A stretch of 64,000 bases of DNA from Gammaproteobacteria bacterium (GTDB lineage: Bacteria > Cyanobacteriota > Vampirovibrionia > Vampirovibrionales > JAJTHC01). The DNA is taken from the NCBI GenBank assembly GCA_040375445.1, contig JBEISK010000002.1, positions 30,459 through 94,458 on the forward strand, given 5' to 3'. The translations under genes were made by a program, and so were the position numbers. Below, in pieces: positions 38,436-47,197 of this stretch; positions within the stretch are counted from its first letter, which is position 1, and the number at the start of each line of letters is the position of its first letter. A model generated the notes under the pieces. That model made no database searches and was not told the origin of the DNA. It saw only the letters and a list, made by a program, of their open reading frames with translations.

Positions 38436-39401
38436 GTGTCTCATTATTCACTCTTTTTGCCTAAAGCGTTTTTCATCTATACGCTAGCGTTATTGACGTT
38501 ATGCACAGCGTCTTTAACTCTACTGAGCGGATGTGGCGACAGCCTTCCCCCTAAGCCTTCAGAAGCCTCGACATCTAGCACGTCTCAAACAACAAATACG
38601 CCTGTTTCTTCACAGCCTGATGCCCCCCCTACAAGTGGCCCCCCTGCGGATGCCTCAAGCGTTCCTGCCCAAGCTACAGACGCCCCAGCAGGTGAAGTAA
38701 AAAGCCCTAACACGGCTCATGTAAGTGCTAAGCAATTGGTTGAACAAGACATTATTATGCTAGCGAGCAATGGGATTGATCCTTTTTCAATTGCCATGCA
38801 TGTAAAGCCCATTGAAGTTAAAAAAGATGATGTTGAAGCCCTTTCTCCTTACTATCAAGCCCTTGTAGGGATTTCTCCTTTGGTTACGGTGAAAGTGGTC
38901 AAAGTTGAAAAACCGACGGTAGACCCTTTAACGGGAACTTACCCAGGTTTACCTGCTCCAGTTGTGGTGGATCCGACCATTGCGATGCAAGACGCTTTAT
39001 CGACGATTAACGTCAATGGGATTTCGTATAAACGTACTTCTCCCATGGCGATTTTATCCCTAGCCAGCAAAGATTCCTCAGGCTCCACGTCTCTGTTTGT
39101 CAAAAAAGGCTCACGTCTTTTCGTCAACGGTTACAGCGTACTGGTTGAAGACATTACGACCAGCACCGTGAGAGTGAGTACCTCTCAAGGAGTTGCTAAA
39201 GTAACGAAAACCCTCATGATTCAAGATATTTTCGGCTTCGCCAGATCAGGAGCCACTGGTGGTATGGGGGCTTCTACAACGACAGGAACCAGCCCTAGCA
39301 GTCCTTCTGCAGGAGGGGCTGCTCCTTCTGCTGGAACAGGTGCTGCTCAAAATGTTTCGTCCCAAGACATTGACAAAATTGTTAAAGATTTATTGAACTA
39401 A
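38436..39401 (+). CDS. lipoprotein with a P/S/T-rich linker and a beta-rich C-terminal domain, possibly a PilP-like secretin partner
   Basis: Lipobox LLSGC, a long PSTS linker, and its position immediately upstream of the secretin gene. Confidence 0.45.
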   Translation: MSHYSLFLPKAFFIYTLALLTLCTASLTLLSGCGDSLPPKPSEASTSSTSQTTNTPVSSQPDAPPTSGPPADASSVPAQATDAPAGEVKSPNTAHVSAKQLVEQDIIMLASNGIDPFSIAMHVKPIEVKKDDVEALSPYYQALVGISPLVTVKVVKVEKPTVDPLTGTYPGLPAPVVVDPTIAMQDALSTINVNGISYKRTSPMAILSLASKDSSGSTSLFVKKGSRLFVNGYSVLVEDITTSTVRVSTSQGVAKVTKTLMIQDIFGFARSGATGGMGASTTTGTSPSSPSAGGAAPSAGTGAAQNVSSQDIDKIVKDLLN

Positions 39402-39422
39402 AGCCATGAAAGGTCTTTTATT

Positions 39423-41657
39423 ATGACGTTTTCCTTCCCTTCCTTTCCAAACCCTCACTCTTCTCAAAAACAATTACCTTTCAAAGGGCTTCACTTTGGC
39501 TGGGCATCTGTAGGTGCAATGGCACTCATTCTAGGTTTGTTTAACCCATTTATGAGCTTGCTTTTGCCTCAAGCGTCTGCGACGAATTACCCTGTTTCGA
39601 TTTTGCCAACGGAACAGCTTTCCCATAACCCTGTTAGTATTTTCAAAGGGATTAAAGTGGCTCCTGAATCCGCTCGTGTGGATTTAAACTTGCGTAATAC
39701 AAGCATTGTCGATATTCTACAATTGCTTGCAGAACAAGGTCATTTCAACATTATTGTGGATGAATCCGTGACAGGCGTAATGACGGTGGATATTAAAAAC
39801 ATCAGTGTCAACAAAGCGTTGGAGTACATTTTCATTATGGGCGGATTGAGCTATACACAAGAAGGCAATACCATTGTGGTAGCCAATACCGCAACCACCA
39901 ATGCCCGTTCCTTAAATGCTAAAATCTTTAAAGTAATCCCAGTCAAGTATAAAGATGCTGGTCAGATTTCCATGCGTTTGAATCAAACGATTTTTGCGGC
40001 CAATAAACCCGGCACGAATAATATGGCGATTGCGACCTTTGACCCCAATACCAATAGTCTACTATTAGTAGCAACTGAACGTGAAATAGCTTTGGTGGAA
40101 GAAGTTTTGCCTCAACTCGATTTGCCTCGTAACCGTAAAGTGTTTAAAATTATGCACGGCAATGAAACCGCGATTGCTTTGAGTGTATTTACAACGCTTA
40201 CCGCAGGTTGGGCAGATCAAGCAGGCGGAGCGGCAGGAGGTGCAGCAGGCGGAGCGGCAGGCGGAGCGGCAGGCGGAGCGGCAGGCGGAGCGGCAGGCGG
40301 AGCGACAGGCGGAGCGGCAGGCGGAGCGGCAGGTGGAGCAGCAGGCGGAGCGGCAGGCGGAGCAGCTGGTGGAGCAGCTGGTGGAGCAGCTGGTGGAGCA
40401 GCTGGTGGAGCAGCTGGTGGAGCAGCTGGTGGAGCAGCTGGTGGAGCAGCAGGCGGAGCGGCAGGCGGTGGGCAGTCTTATCAAAGAGGTGGTTTTTCAA
40501 TGGTGCCAAACCATGCCACAGGTACGGTAACGGTTTACGGTACGCCTGAGCAACTAAAACTGGTAGAAGAATTGATCCATGAACTGGATGTGGCTCGTCC
40601 GCAGGTGATGATTGAACTGTCTTTGGTGGAGCTGACTAAATCCAACACCAAAATCATGCAACCCATTACCACGGGTCCGATAAACTTTGGAGAGTTCAGC
40701 ATTGCAGCGTTAACAGGTTCGCCCTTTTCCTATGCAGGCAAACCGCTGGGTATTTTAGGGGGAGGTTCTAATGCAGGAGCCTCAGGAGGCTTTAGCTTAC
40801 CTGGTATTGGGTTTAACTTCAATAATAATGATACCAAAGCCAAAATCCTCGCAAACCCTACCCTTATTGCGGTGGACGGTACCACATCCAGCGTTAGTAT
40901 TACGGACACTATTGTTTATTTTACCTCGCAAATCACGGTACCTACGGCTGGGGTTCCAACAGTAACGTGGCAAGCCAACAGCCAAGAAGTGGGAATTCAA
41001 CTCGAATTAACCCCCACCATAACCAATGACGGCAATGTCACCATGGCGTTAAAGCCTTCGGTCACGCAACTCATTGCCCTGAAAGAAGGCGGTAATGGTG
41101 CCGTGAGTGCCCCTGAAGTTTCAAAACGTGAGTTTACTATCGCTTCTGCCCGTGTGAAAGACGGTCAAACCCTTGCCATCGGTGGATTGCTGAGAGATAC
41201 GCGCCGAGAGTCATGGGACAAAATTCCAGGACTCGCCAACCTGCCCATTGTGGGAGCCATGTTCCGTTCCACGACTTCTGCGGGTAACACGACCCAACGC
41301 ACAGAACTCGTTGTTTTGGTAACGCCTCACATCTTGAAAGAAGAAGTGAACTCGCCTTACTTTGACGGCAACCCCAAGCCTGCTTCGGATTCCGATGCTT
41401 TAAGCGTACCCCAACACGGCAGAATAGGCACGCCTGTGAACCCTTCAGAAGTGAAAGTCATGGGTGAAAATGGGGGTGAACTCAAAATTGAAACAGGCCG
41501 TTATGTCATGCCTGAACCTCAAGCCACTAAAAGTAGTAAAAAACCAACAAAGTCTAAAAAGACTCAGCAAGCCAAAGCGGAAGACCCTTATAGCGTCACC
41601 CCTTACAATGACTACATTGGCGGTTATAGCCGCACCTTTGGTAGAACAATTAAGTAA
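39423..41657 (+). CDS. secretin (PilQ/GspD family) carrying an internal (AGGA)n low-complexity insertion
   Basis: N-terminal secretin-N domains and a C-terminal secretin domain (VKDGQTLAIGGLLRDTRRESWDKIPGLANLPIVGAMFRS...LVVLVTPHIL). About 21 AGGA repeats at residues about 265-350. Confidence 0.85.
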   Translation: MTFSFPSFPNPHSSQKQLPFKGLHFGWASVGAMALILGLFNPFMSLLLPQASATNYPVSILPTEQLSHNPVSIFKGIKVAPESARVDLNLRNTSIVDILQLLAEQGHFNIIVDESVTGVMTVDIKNISVNKALEYIFIMGGLSYTQEGNTIVVANTATTNARSLNAKIFKVIPVKYKDAGQISMRLNQTIFAANKPGTNNMAIATFDPNTNSLLLVATEREIALVEEVLPQLDLPRNRKVFKIMHGNETAIALSVFTTLTAGWADQAGGAAGGAAGGAAGGAAGGAAGGAAGGATGGAAGGAAGGAAGGAAGGAAGGAAGGAAGGAAGGAAGGAAGGAAGGAAGGAAGGGQSYQRGGFSMVPNHATGTVTVYGTPEQLKLVEELIHELDVARPQVMIELSLVELTKSNTKIMQPITTGPINFGEFSIAALTGSPFSYAGKPLGILGGGSNAGASGGFSLPGIGFNFNNNDTKAKILANPTLIAVDGTTSSVSITDTIVYFTSQITVPTAGVPTVTWQANSQEVGIQLELTPTITNDGNVTMALKPSVTQLIALKEGGNGAVSAPEVSKREFTIASARVKDGQTLAIGGLLRDTRRESWDKIPGLANLPIVGAMFRSTTSAGNTTQRTELVVLVTPHILKEEVNSPYFDGNPKPASDSDALSVPQHGRIGTPVNPSEVKVMGENGGELKIETGRYVMPEPQATKSSKKPTKSKKTQQAKAEDPYSVTPYNDYIGGYSRTFGRTIK
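40221..40470 (+). repeat. imperfect 12-nt tandem repeat inside the secretin ORF, in two sub-blocks: gcaggcggagcg x about 10, then gcagctggtgga x7
   Basis: Directly visible in the sequence. It creates spurious ORFs on all other frames (40065-40549). Confidence 0.9.
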
Positions 41658-41689
41658 TGTTAAGAAACCACTAATGGATTTAAAAGGAG

Positions 41690-43495
41690 GTGAGTTCTTT
41701 GTCGGCTGGAATCGTTGACGGGAATGCGAGTCTTATTCTTCAAAGTGTGATTAAATACGTGCAAGAAGTCAAAGGTATTGATCCTGAGGTACTAGTTGCC
41801 ATTATGGAGCGTGCCGAACAAGACAAAAGCACCTTAGATGAGCAGTTCCTGAAAGAAGGGTTTTTAACTCGGGAGGACTTGGTACAAATCATCACCAAGT
41901 GCTTTTCTGTCAAATATTATTCTTTAGAAAACGTGCAACCCAATATGGAGTTGCTAGAACTCGTTCCTGAAGAAATTATAGAAGAAAAGCACATCATACC
42001 TGTTTCCAATACACATGGACGCTTAGTCATTGCCATGCTTAACCCCACCGATCGTTCTGCGGTGGACGAAATTACCTTTTTAACGGGGATGCGTCCGCAG
42101 ATTGTATCGACCTTGCCCATGGACTATCGTCAGTGGATGGCCAAATTTGAATCCCAACAAGAGTTAAGAGCCAGAGGGAACAAAGAAAACACCCGAGATT
42201 TAATGGATCAGCTTGCTAATGCCAGTGAAGTCAAGTTGTCGGCTCAGGCCCAACGGCTGGACAATATTCGTGCTATGGGTCAAGCTGAAATCCAAGACAC
42301 CACCGATCCATTGGTTAGATTTGTAAACTCTTTGTTGATACAAGGGGTGGTTCAAGGGGCATCTGACATTCACATTGAACCACGAGAAGGGCATTATGTG
42401 GTACGTTTTCGTTCGGACGGAGTCTTGAAAGAAGTCTTAGATATTCCTACCAATATGGAAGGTGCCGTCATTACACGCCTTAAAGTTATGGCTAAAATGG
42501 ATATTTCTGATCACCGCAGACCCCAAGATGGGCGGATGTCCATTAACTACAAAAAAATGGAATACAATTTCCGTGTCAACACGCTGCCTGTGACCGAAGG
42601 GCGTGAAAAAATGGTTATGCGGATTCTTCGACCTTCCGCCACCGTGACAGATTTCACCAAACTCGGCTTTACGCAAGACGACGCAACTAAAATCGAACTC
42701 ATGTATAAGGCACCTTACGGCATTGTGCTAGTATGTGGACCAACAGGTTCAGGTAAATCCACCACGTTGTATACGATTATGAACAAAATCAACAATGAAC
42801 TCATTAACGTTTCAACCGTTGAAGACCCTGTTGAATTAAAAATTGAAGGCTTAAACCAATCACAGGTTAACGCCAAAGCCGATTTCACCTTTGCCAGTTC
42901 GATGCGAGCCTTGTTACGTCAAGATCCTGACGTTATTATGGTGGGTGAGATTCGAGATTATGAAACCCTAGAAGCAGGGATTCATGCGGCGTTAACAGGT
43001 CACTTGGTCTTTTCAACAATTCACGCCAACTCTACAGCTACCACGATTACCCGTATGCTTGAAATGGGGGCGTCTAGCAGTTTAATTTCTGCGGCGGTGA
43101 ATGGGGTTATTGCTCAGCGTTTAACCCGAGCCTTATGCCCCCATTGCAAGGAAGCCCACGAAGCGACCGATGAGCAAAAAGAAATTCTCTATGAATACTA
43201 TCCAACGCCTCCCGATCTTAAAGAATCTTTGACTATTTACACGGCCAAAGGTTGTGAAATGTGTAAAGATTCAGGCTATTTTGGACGTACAGGCCTTTAC
43301 GAAATTATGATGATTGATCGAGAATTGCGTCATTTAATTGCGGCTCAAGTCAATGAACTCGAAATTGAAGACACCGCTATTAAACGTGGCATGATTTCTT
43401 TAGGAATGTGTGCCAGAACCAAAATCATTGAAGGCAAAGTTGATTTTGCAGAAATTGAACGGGTTTTAGGACCTTTTAGAGGGGGTAGTCGCTGA
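41690..43495 (+). CDS. type IV pilus / T2SS assembly ATPase (PilB/GspE family)
   Basis: N-terminal T2SSE_N domain, Walker A GPTGSGKST, tetracysteine CPHCK...CEMCKDSGY. GTG start preceded by AAGGAGG. Confidence 0.85.
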   Translation: MSSLSAGIVDGNASLILQSVIKYVQEVKGIDPEVLVAIMERAEQDKSTLDEQFLKEGFLTREDLVQIITKCFSVKYYSLENVQPNMELLELVPEEIIEEKHIIPVSNTHGRLVIAMLNPTDRSAVDEITFLTGMRPQIVSTLPMDYRQWMAKFESQQELRARGNKENTRDLMDQLANASEVKLSAQAQRLDNIRAMGQAEIQDTTDPLVRFVNSLLIQGVVQGASDIHIEPREGHYVVRFRSDGVLKEVLDIPTNMEGAVITRLKVMAKMDISDHRRPQDGRMSINYKKMEYNFRVNTLPVTEGREKMVMRILRPSATVTDFTKLGFTQDDATKIELMYKAPYGIVLVCGPTGSGKSTTLYTIMNKINNELINVSTVEDPVELKIEGLNQSQVNAKADFTFASSMRALLRQDPDVIMVGEIRDYETLEAGIHAALTGHLVFSTIHANSTATTITRMLEMGASSSLISAAVNGVIAQRLTRALCPHCKEAHEATDEQKEILYEYYPTPPDLKESLTIYTAKGCEMCKDSGYFGRTGLYEIMMIDRELRHLIAAQVNELEIEDTAIKRGMISLGMCARTKIIEGKVDFAEIERVLGPFRGGSR

Positions 43496-43545
43496 TGACT
43501 CTACTTACTTACCATTTAACAAAGCTATTTAAAGGAGTTTAAGCA

Positions 43546-44778
43546 ATGGCAAACTACGCCTATAAAGCTATGAACTTGGTTAGCCGTAAAAAGCAAGAAG
43601 GGGTAATTCCTGCATCCAACGAAATGGAAGCACGCTCTAAGTTAAGAGACATGAAACTTTCGACCCTTTCTTTAGAAGAAATCACAGGCTATCAAGACGG
43701 TTCAGGCAACATCGTTAAAAAGGGCTTTAAATTTGGCTTTACAAGCAAAATCAGTAGCAAAGAAGTCATGACGTTTTCTCGAAACTTAGCGATTATGATT
43801 CGCGGGGGTATCCCTATTACAGAATCTTTGCTTTATTTTGAAAACTTTTCAGAAAAAATAACCTATAAAGCCATGGTGCAATCCGTGCGACGAGACATTT
43901 TAGGGGGGATGCCCTTTTCAGAAGCTTTAGGGAAGTTTCCCGAAGTGTTTAGTGAAATTTTCATCAATATCACCCGAGCAGGGGAAAGTTCAGGTGAGTT
44001 GGATGTCACCATGGAACGTATGGCAGACTTGATGGAGCGGACGGAAAAAATTAAATCCAAAGTCGTTTCAACGGCCATTTACCCCGCCATTGTTTTGGGA
44101 CTAGTCGGCATGGTTTTGCTGGTTATTTTTTACTTTGTTCTGCCTTCTTTTGAAAAAATCTATACGCAAATGGGTGTGGATTTACCTTTAATTACCAAAA
44201 TCATGATTTTTGTTTCAAACTGTTTACGCAGTGGTTGGTTTATTACCTTCCCTGCAGTGGCTTGTGTTGTATGGGGATTCCTTAAGTTTATTTCCACCAA
44301 TTTAGGGAAACGCTTGATTGACAAATATGTGATTCATATTCCTGTCTTAAATCAAGTCATTCGCTTTACGAATGTGTCGAGCTTTATTTCCACCTTAAGT
44401 GTGTGTTTTGGTGCGGGTATTCCGATTACAGAAGGGCTAGATTATGCCGTTTCTACAGTAGGTAATGCGACATTCCGAGCCACGTTAATGAGTGTGAACA
44501 AGCAAGTACAGACAGGGCGCCGCTTGGGGATTGCCCTAGCAGAAACAGGGGTTATTCCTGAATTAGTCTTGCTGATTATGGCAACAGGGGAAGAGTCGGG
44601 TAACTTGGATCAATCCTTGGGTACCGCTCAAGAGTATCTGGAAAAGGAAATTGACCAGCGTATTGGGGTATTGATGGCATTTATGGAACCCTTATTGCTC
44701 ATGTTCTTAGGGGTTATTGTTGGGATTGTGGCGTTGTCTATCTATATGCCACTGTTTAGTATGTATGAGCATATGTAG
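43546..44778 (+). CDS. type IV pilus / T2SS inner-membrane platform protein (PilC/GspF family)
   Basis: Two T2SSF repeats and three TM segments. Confidence 0.85.
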   Translation: MANYAYKAMNLVSRKKQEGVIPASNEMEARSKLRDMKLSTLSLEEITGYQDGSGNIVKKGFKFGFTSKISSKEVMTFSRNLAIMIRGGIPITESLLYFENFSEKITYKAMVQSVRRDILGGMPFSEALGKFPEVFSEIFINITRAGESSGELDVTMERMADLMERTEKIKSKVVSTAIYPAIVLGLVGMVLLVIFYFVLPSFEKIYTQMGVDLPLITKIMIFVSNCLRSGWFITFPAVACVVWGFLKFISTNLGKRLIDKYVIHIPVLNQVIRFTNVSSFISTLSVCFGAGIPITEGLDYAVSTVGNATFRATLMSVNKQVQTGRRLGIALAETGVIPELVLLIMATGEESGNLDQSLGTAQEYLEKEIDQRIGVLMAFMEPLLLMFLGVIVGIVALSIYMPLFSMYEHM

Positions 44779-44789
44779 TGATGCCTATA

Positions 44790-44936
44790 TTAAACGATGA
44801 AATAACGTATGGTGTCTTCAGTGTCTCTACGATTCTTGATGGGCTTATGTAAGCTTATATACACTTCACACATCTACAAGTCTAGGCTCCCAGAACCCAA
44901 CTATACGCTCTTTCATCGTTTAATGGGGCTGGGAAA
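44790..44936 (+). repeat. repeat family B (MITE-like), copy 1
   Basis: Terminal inverted repeat ttaaacgatgaaa...tttcatcgtttaa. Shares the core ctacgattct.gatg.gcttatgta...cacttcacacatct...gtctaggctcc.agaa...ctatacgct with copy 49127-49256. Confidence 0.7.
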
Positions 44937-45004
44937 TGGTATAAGACACAAAAAAGACGCCAAATGGGTTTTATGCTAATGACGTGTAGGTATAAGGGGA
45001 ATAT

Positions 45005-45946
45005 ATGAATCAGCCTGCTTTTAGTACGAATACGCCTCCCCTAAACGCTTGGGGATACCCAAGAACAGCATTACCGCCATTGTCTGTTGAAGACCCTAAT
45101 GCCAAAGTCTTTACACAGGTAGATATTAAAGGGTACCGTCCGAAAGACTTTTATACCCGTAAATTATGGGTATGGCTTCAAGTTCAAGCCCAAGGGCTTG
45201 CGGATGTTAACGCCGTCGATAAGTTCGTGACCCAACAGTTAAGGCATGTGCAAAAAACCCCCTATGTGGATACCTCCAAAAGTACGGCAGAGTTATTTGG
45301 CTTAAAACGACTCGATTCGCTGGGGCATCGCACCGATATTGAACGAATGATTCAAACCCCTCAAGCCTATCAACAACAGATCCAAACCCAAAGTAAAGCC
45401 ATGAAGTCCGCCTTTCAAACATGGACGAAGACGCCTCAAAGTGTTGCCAGTGGTGCCAAACAATTTCTCCATGCCAGCTTCACTAAGCCCTTTACGAACT
45501 TATGGGCGGGTCAAGAAGTCGTCAGTTCCGCCTTGAGTGCCTTTGCGTCTATTTTATTTGCGGTAAATATCGGGCAAAAAACCTATGCCGCCCATGAAAG
45601 TGCTTATAATGAAGGGCAACGAGGCGGTGAGTTGGCACTAACAACCACAGGCGAATTCACTAAAGAAACCACCAAAGGCGGCTTAACGTGGATGGCAGGT
45701 TCGGTGGGAGCAGCCGCGATTGGACATACCTTAGGCACGAATATCGGTGGGATTAAAGAGGCGTCTAAGTTGGCTCGTTTTAAGACCTTGCCCACACGCA
45801 TTGCGGTCGTTTTGGGAGCTGTTTTAACAGGAGCTACGGCTCAAGCCATTTTAGATTGGATTTTACCTAGTCGACCGACGGTGAAAAAAGTGAGTTTAAA
45901 TGATTTACAACAGGAAGAGCAGAGCAAGCAAGCCAAACCTTCCTAA
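45005..45946 (+). CDS. hypothetical protein with a Gly/Ala/Thr-rich amphipathic C-terminal half
   Basis: 313 aa, no recognised domain. It is flanked by repeat B1 upstream and repeat A1 downstream. Confidence 0.5.
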   Translation: MNQPAFSTNTPPLNAWGYPRTALPPLSVEDPNAKVFTQVDIKGYRPKDFYTRKLWVWLQVQAQGLADVNAVDKFVTQQLRHVQKTPYVDTSKSTAELFGLKRLDSLGHRTDIERMIQTPQAYQQQIQTQSKAMKSAFQTWTKTPQSVASGAKQFLHASFTKPFTNLWAGQEVVSSALSAFASILFAVNIGQKTYAAHESAYNEGQRGGELALTTTGEFTKETTKGGLTWMAGSVGAAAIGHTLGTNIGGIKEASKLARFKTLPTRIAVVLGAVLTGATAQAILDWILPSRPTVKKVSLNDLQQEEQSKQAKPS

Positions 45947-45949
45947 ATA

Positions 45950-46076
45950 CCCTCTCCTAATTTTAGGAGAGGGAGGAGAACGTCGCTAGACGTTCGAGGG
46001 TGAGGTTAAACCCTAGACGTCCTTTGTGGTTTAACCGCCCCCTAGCCCCCTCCTAAAATTAGGAGGGGGGACAGGA
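45950..46076 (-). repeat. repeat family A, copy 1 (inverted relative to copies 2 and 3)
   Basis: Ends are palindromic hairpins (ccctctcctaattttaggagaggg and cccctcctaaaattaggagggggg). The core is gacgttcgagggtgaggttaaaccctagacg. Confidence 0.75.
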
Positions 46077-46090
46077 ACGTAAAACACTAT

Positions 46091-47050
46091 CTATAAAAGT
46101 TGTTGGACGTTCTCTAAGACTTCCACCACCGCCAAACCATTCTGGTCATCTGATTGCGGTTGCCAGCCTCCAGCCAGTGCGTTGACAAAATGCTGACATT
46201 CCAAACGCAACGGCTCTAAAGGCAAGTAGTCCACCACCTGCTCATGCCGATGCCCTGCTTCATCGAAATGCACTTGCACCAAGCGATTCGCTAAAGGCAG
46301 GGTGTCATCCAAAATGAGCGACGCTTTCGTTCCCACCACAAGCAATTGCACTTGCTTTTTCGGGTACATCCAACTGGTTTGCAAGTGAGCGATTACACCG
46401 CTTTTAAATTGAAAAGACGCTTGAACGAGATCGATTTTATCATCGACCGCTGAGGTGTTTTGAGCGGTGACCGCTTTAACGTGTGGCACTTCACCGTTCA
46501 TTAAGTAGATCAATACGGAAAGATCATGCGGGGCTAAATCCCAAAACACGTTGCGGTCGTTTCGTCCGTGATTGTAGTTTAAGCGGTCGCTTTGAATGTA
46601 GCGTAAATCGCCCAAAACGCCTGAATCGATGACTTGCTTGACTCGGTTAATCGCAGGGTGATACATGAGCAAATGCCCGACCATTAGCGTTTTTTGATGA
46701 GCTTGTGCCACTTGCACCAAGTCTTGAGCGTCTTTAAGCGTGGTAGCGAGGGGCTTTTCAACATACAGATGCTTACCTGCTTCAAGAACTTGCTTGCCTA
46801 AGGGGTAGTGCGTTAAAGAAGGCGTCGCCAGCACGACGGCATCAATGTCAGGGTTAGCGAGTACAGCGTCAAAAGACAGTTCCCCTGTGATGTGGGGGTA
46901 TTCGGCTTGAAAATGAGCCAGTGCATCAGGACGGGCATCGCAAATGGTGTGCAGATGCCCAAGGGCGTCAAAGTTGCGAATGAGGTTTTTGCCCCAATAC
47001 CCTGCACCCACAACAGCCAAGCGTATAGGGGGTGTTGGACTAGCGTGCAT
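46091..47050 (-). CDS. Gfo/Idh/MocA-family NAD(P)-dependent oxidoreductase
   Basis: N-terminal Rossmann motif RLAVVGAGYWGKNLIRNF and a C-terminal GFO_IDH_MocA_C-like region. Confidence 0.8.
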   Translation of the reverse strand: MHASPTPPIRLAVVGAGYWGKNLIRNFDALGHLHTICDARPDALAHFQAEYPHITGELSFDAVLANPDIDAVVLATPSLTHYPLGKQVLEAGKHLYVEKPLATTLKDAQDLVQVAQAHQKTLMVGHLLMYHPAINRVKQVIDSGVLGDLRYIQSDRLNYNHGRNDRNVFWDLAPHDLSVLIYLMNGEVPHVKAVTAQNTSAVDDKIDLVQASFQFKSGVIAHLQTSWMYPKKQVQLLVVGTKASLILDDTLPLANRLVQVHFDEAGHRHEQVVDYLPLEPLRLECQHFVNALAGGWQPQSDDQNGLAVVEVLENVQQLL

Positions 47051-47197
47051 AGACGTTCCTTTAGCTGTTAACTACCCTTTTAGTATAATACAAACATCTT
47101 GAAATGGTCTTGAAAAGTCGGCTCGATGCAGTAGAACCCTTGATAAAAATAAGTATTTCACCCATAATAGAAAGGATTATCTCTAATTTTGTAGAAA

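Noticed and set aside
40065-40549. Four overlapping ORFs on both strands (Cys/Ser/Thr-, Leu/His/Gln-, Arg/Ser/Gly- and Glu/Gln/Ala-rich)
   Set aside because: All are alternative-frame readings of the 12-mer repeat inside the secretin gene. The secretin frame is the one with flanking domain homology.
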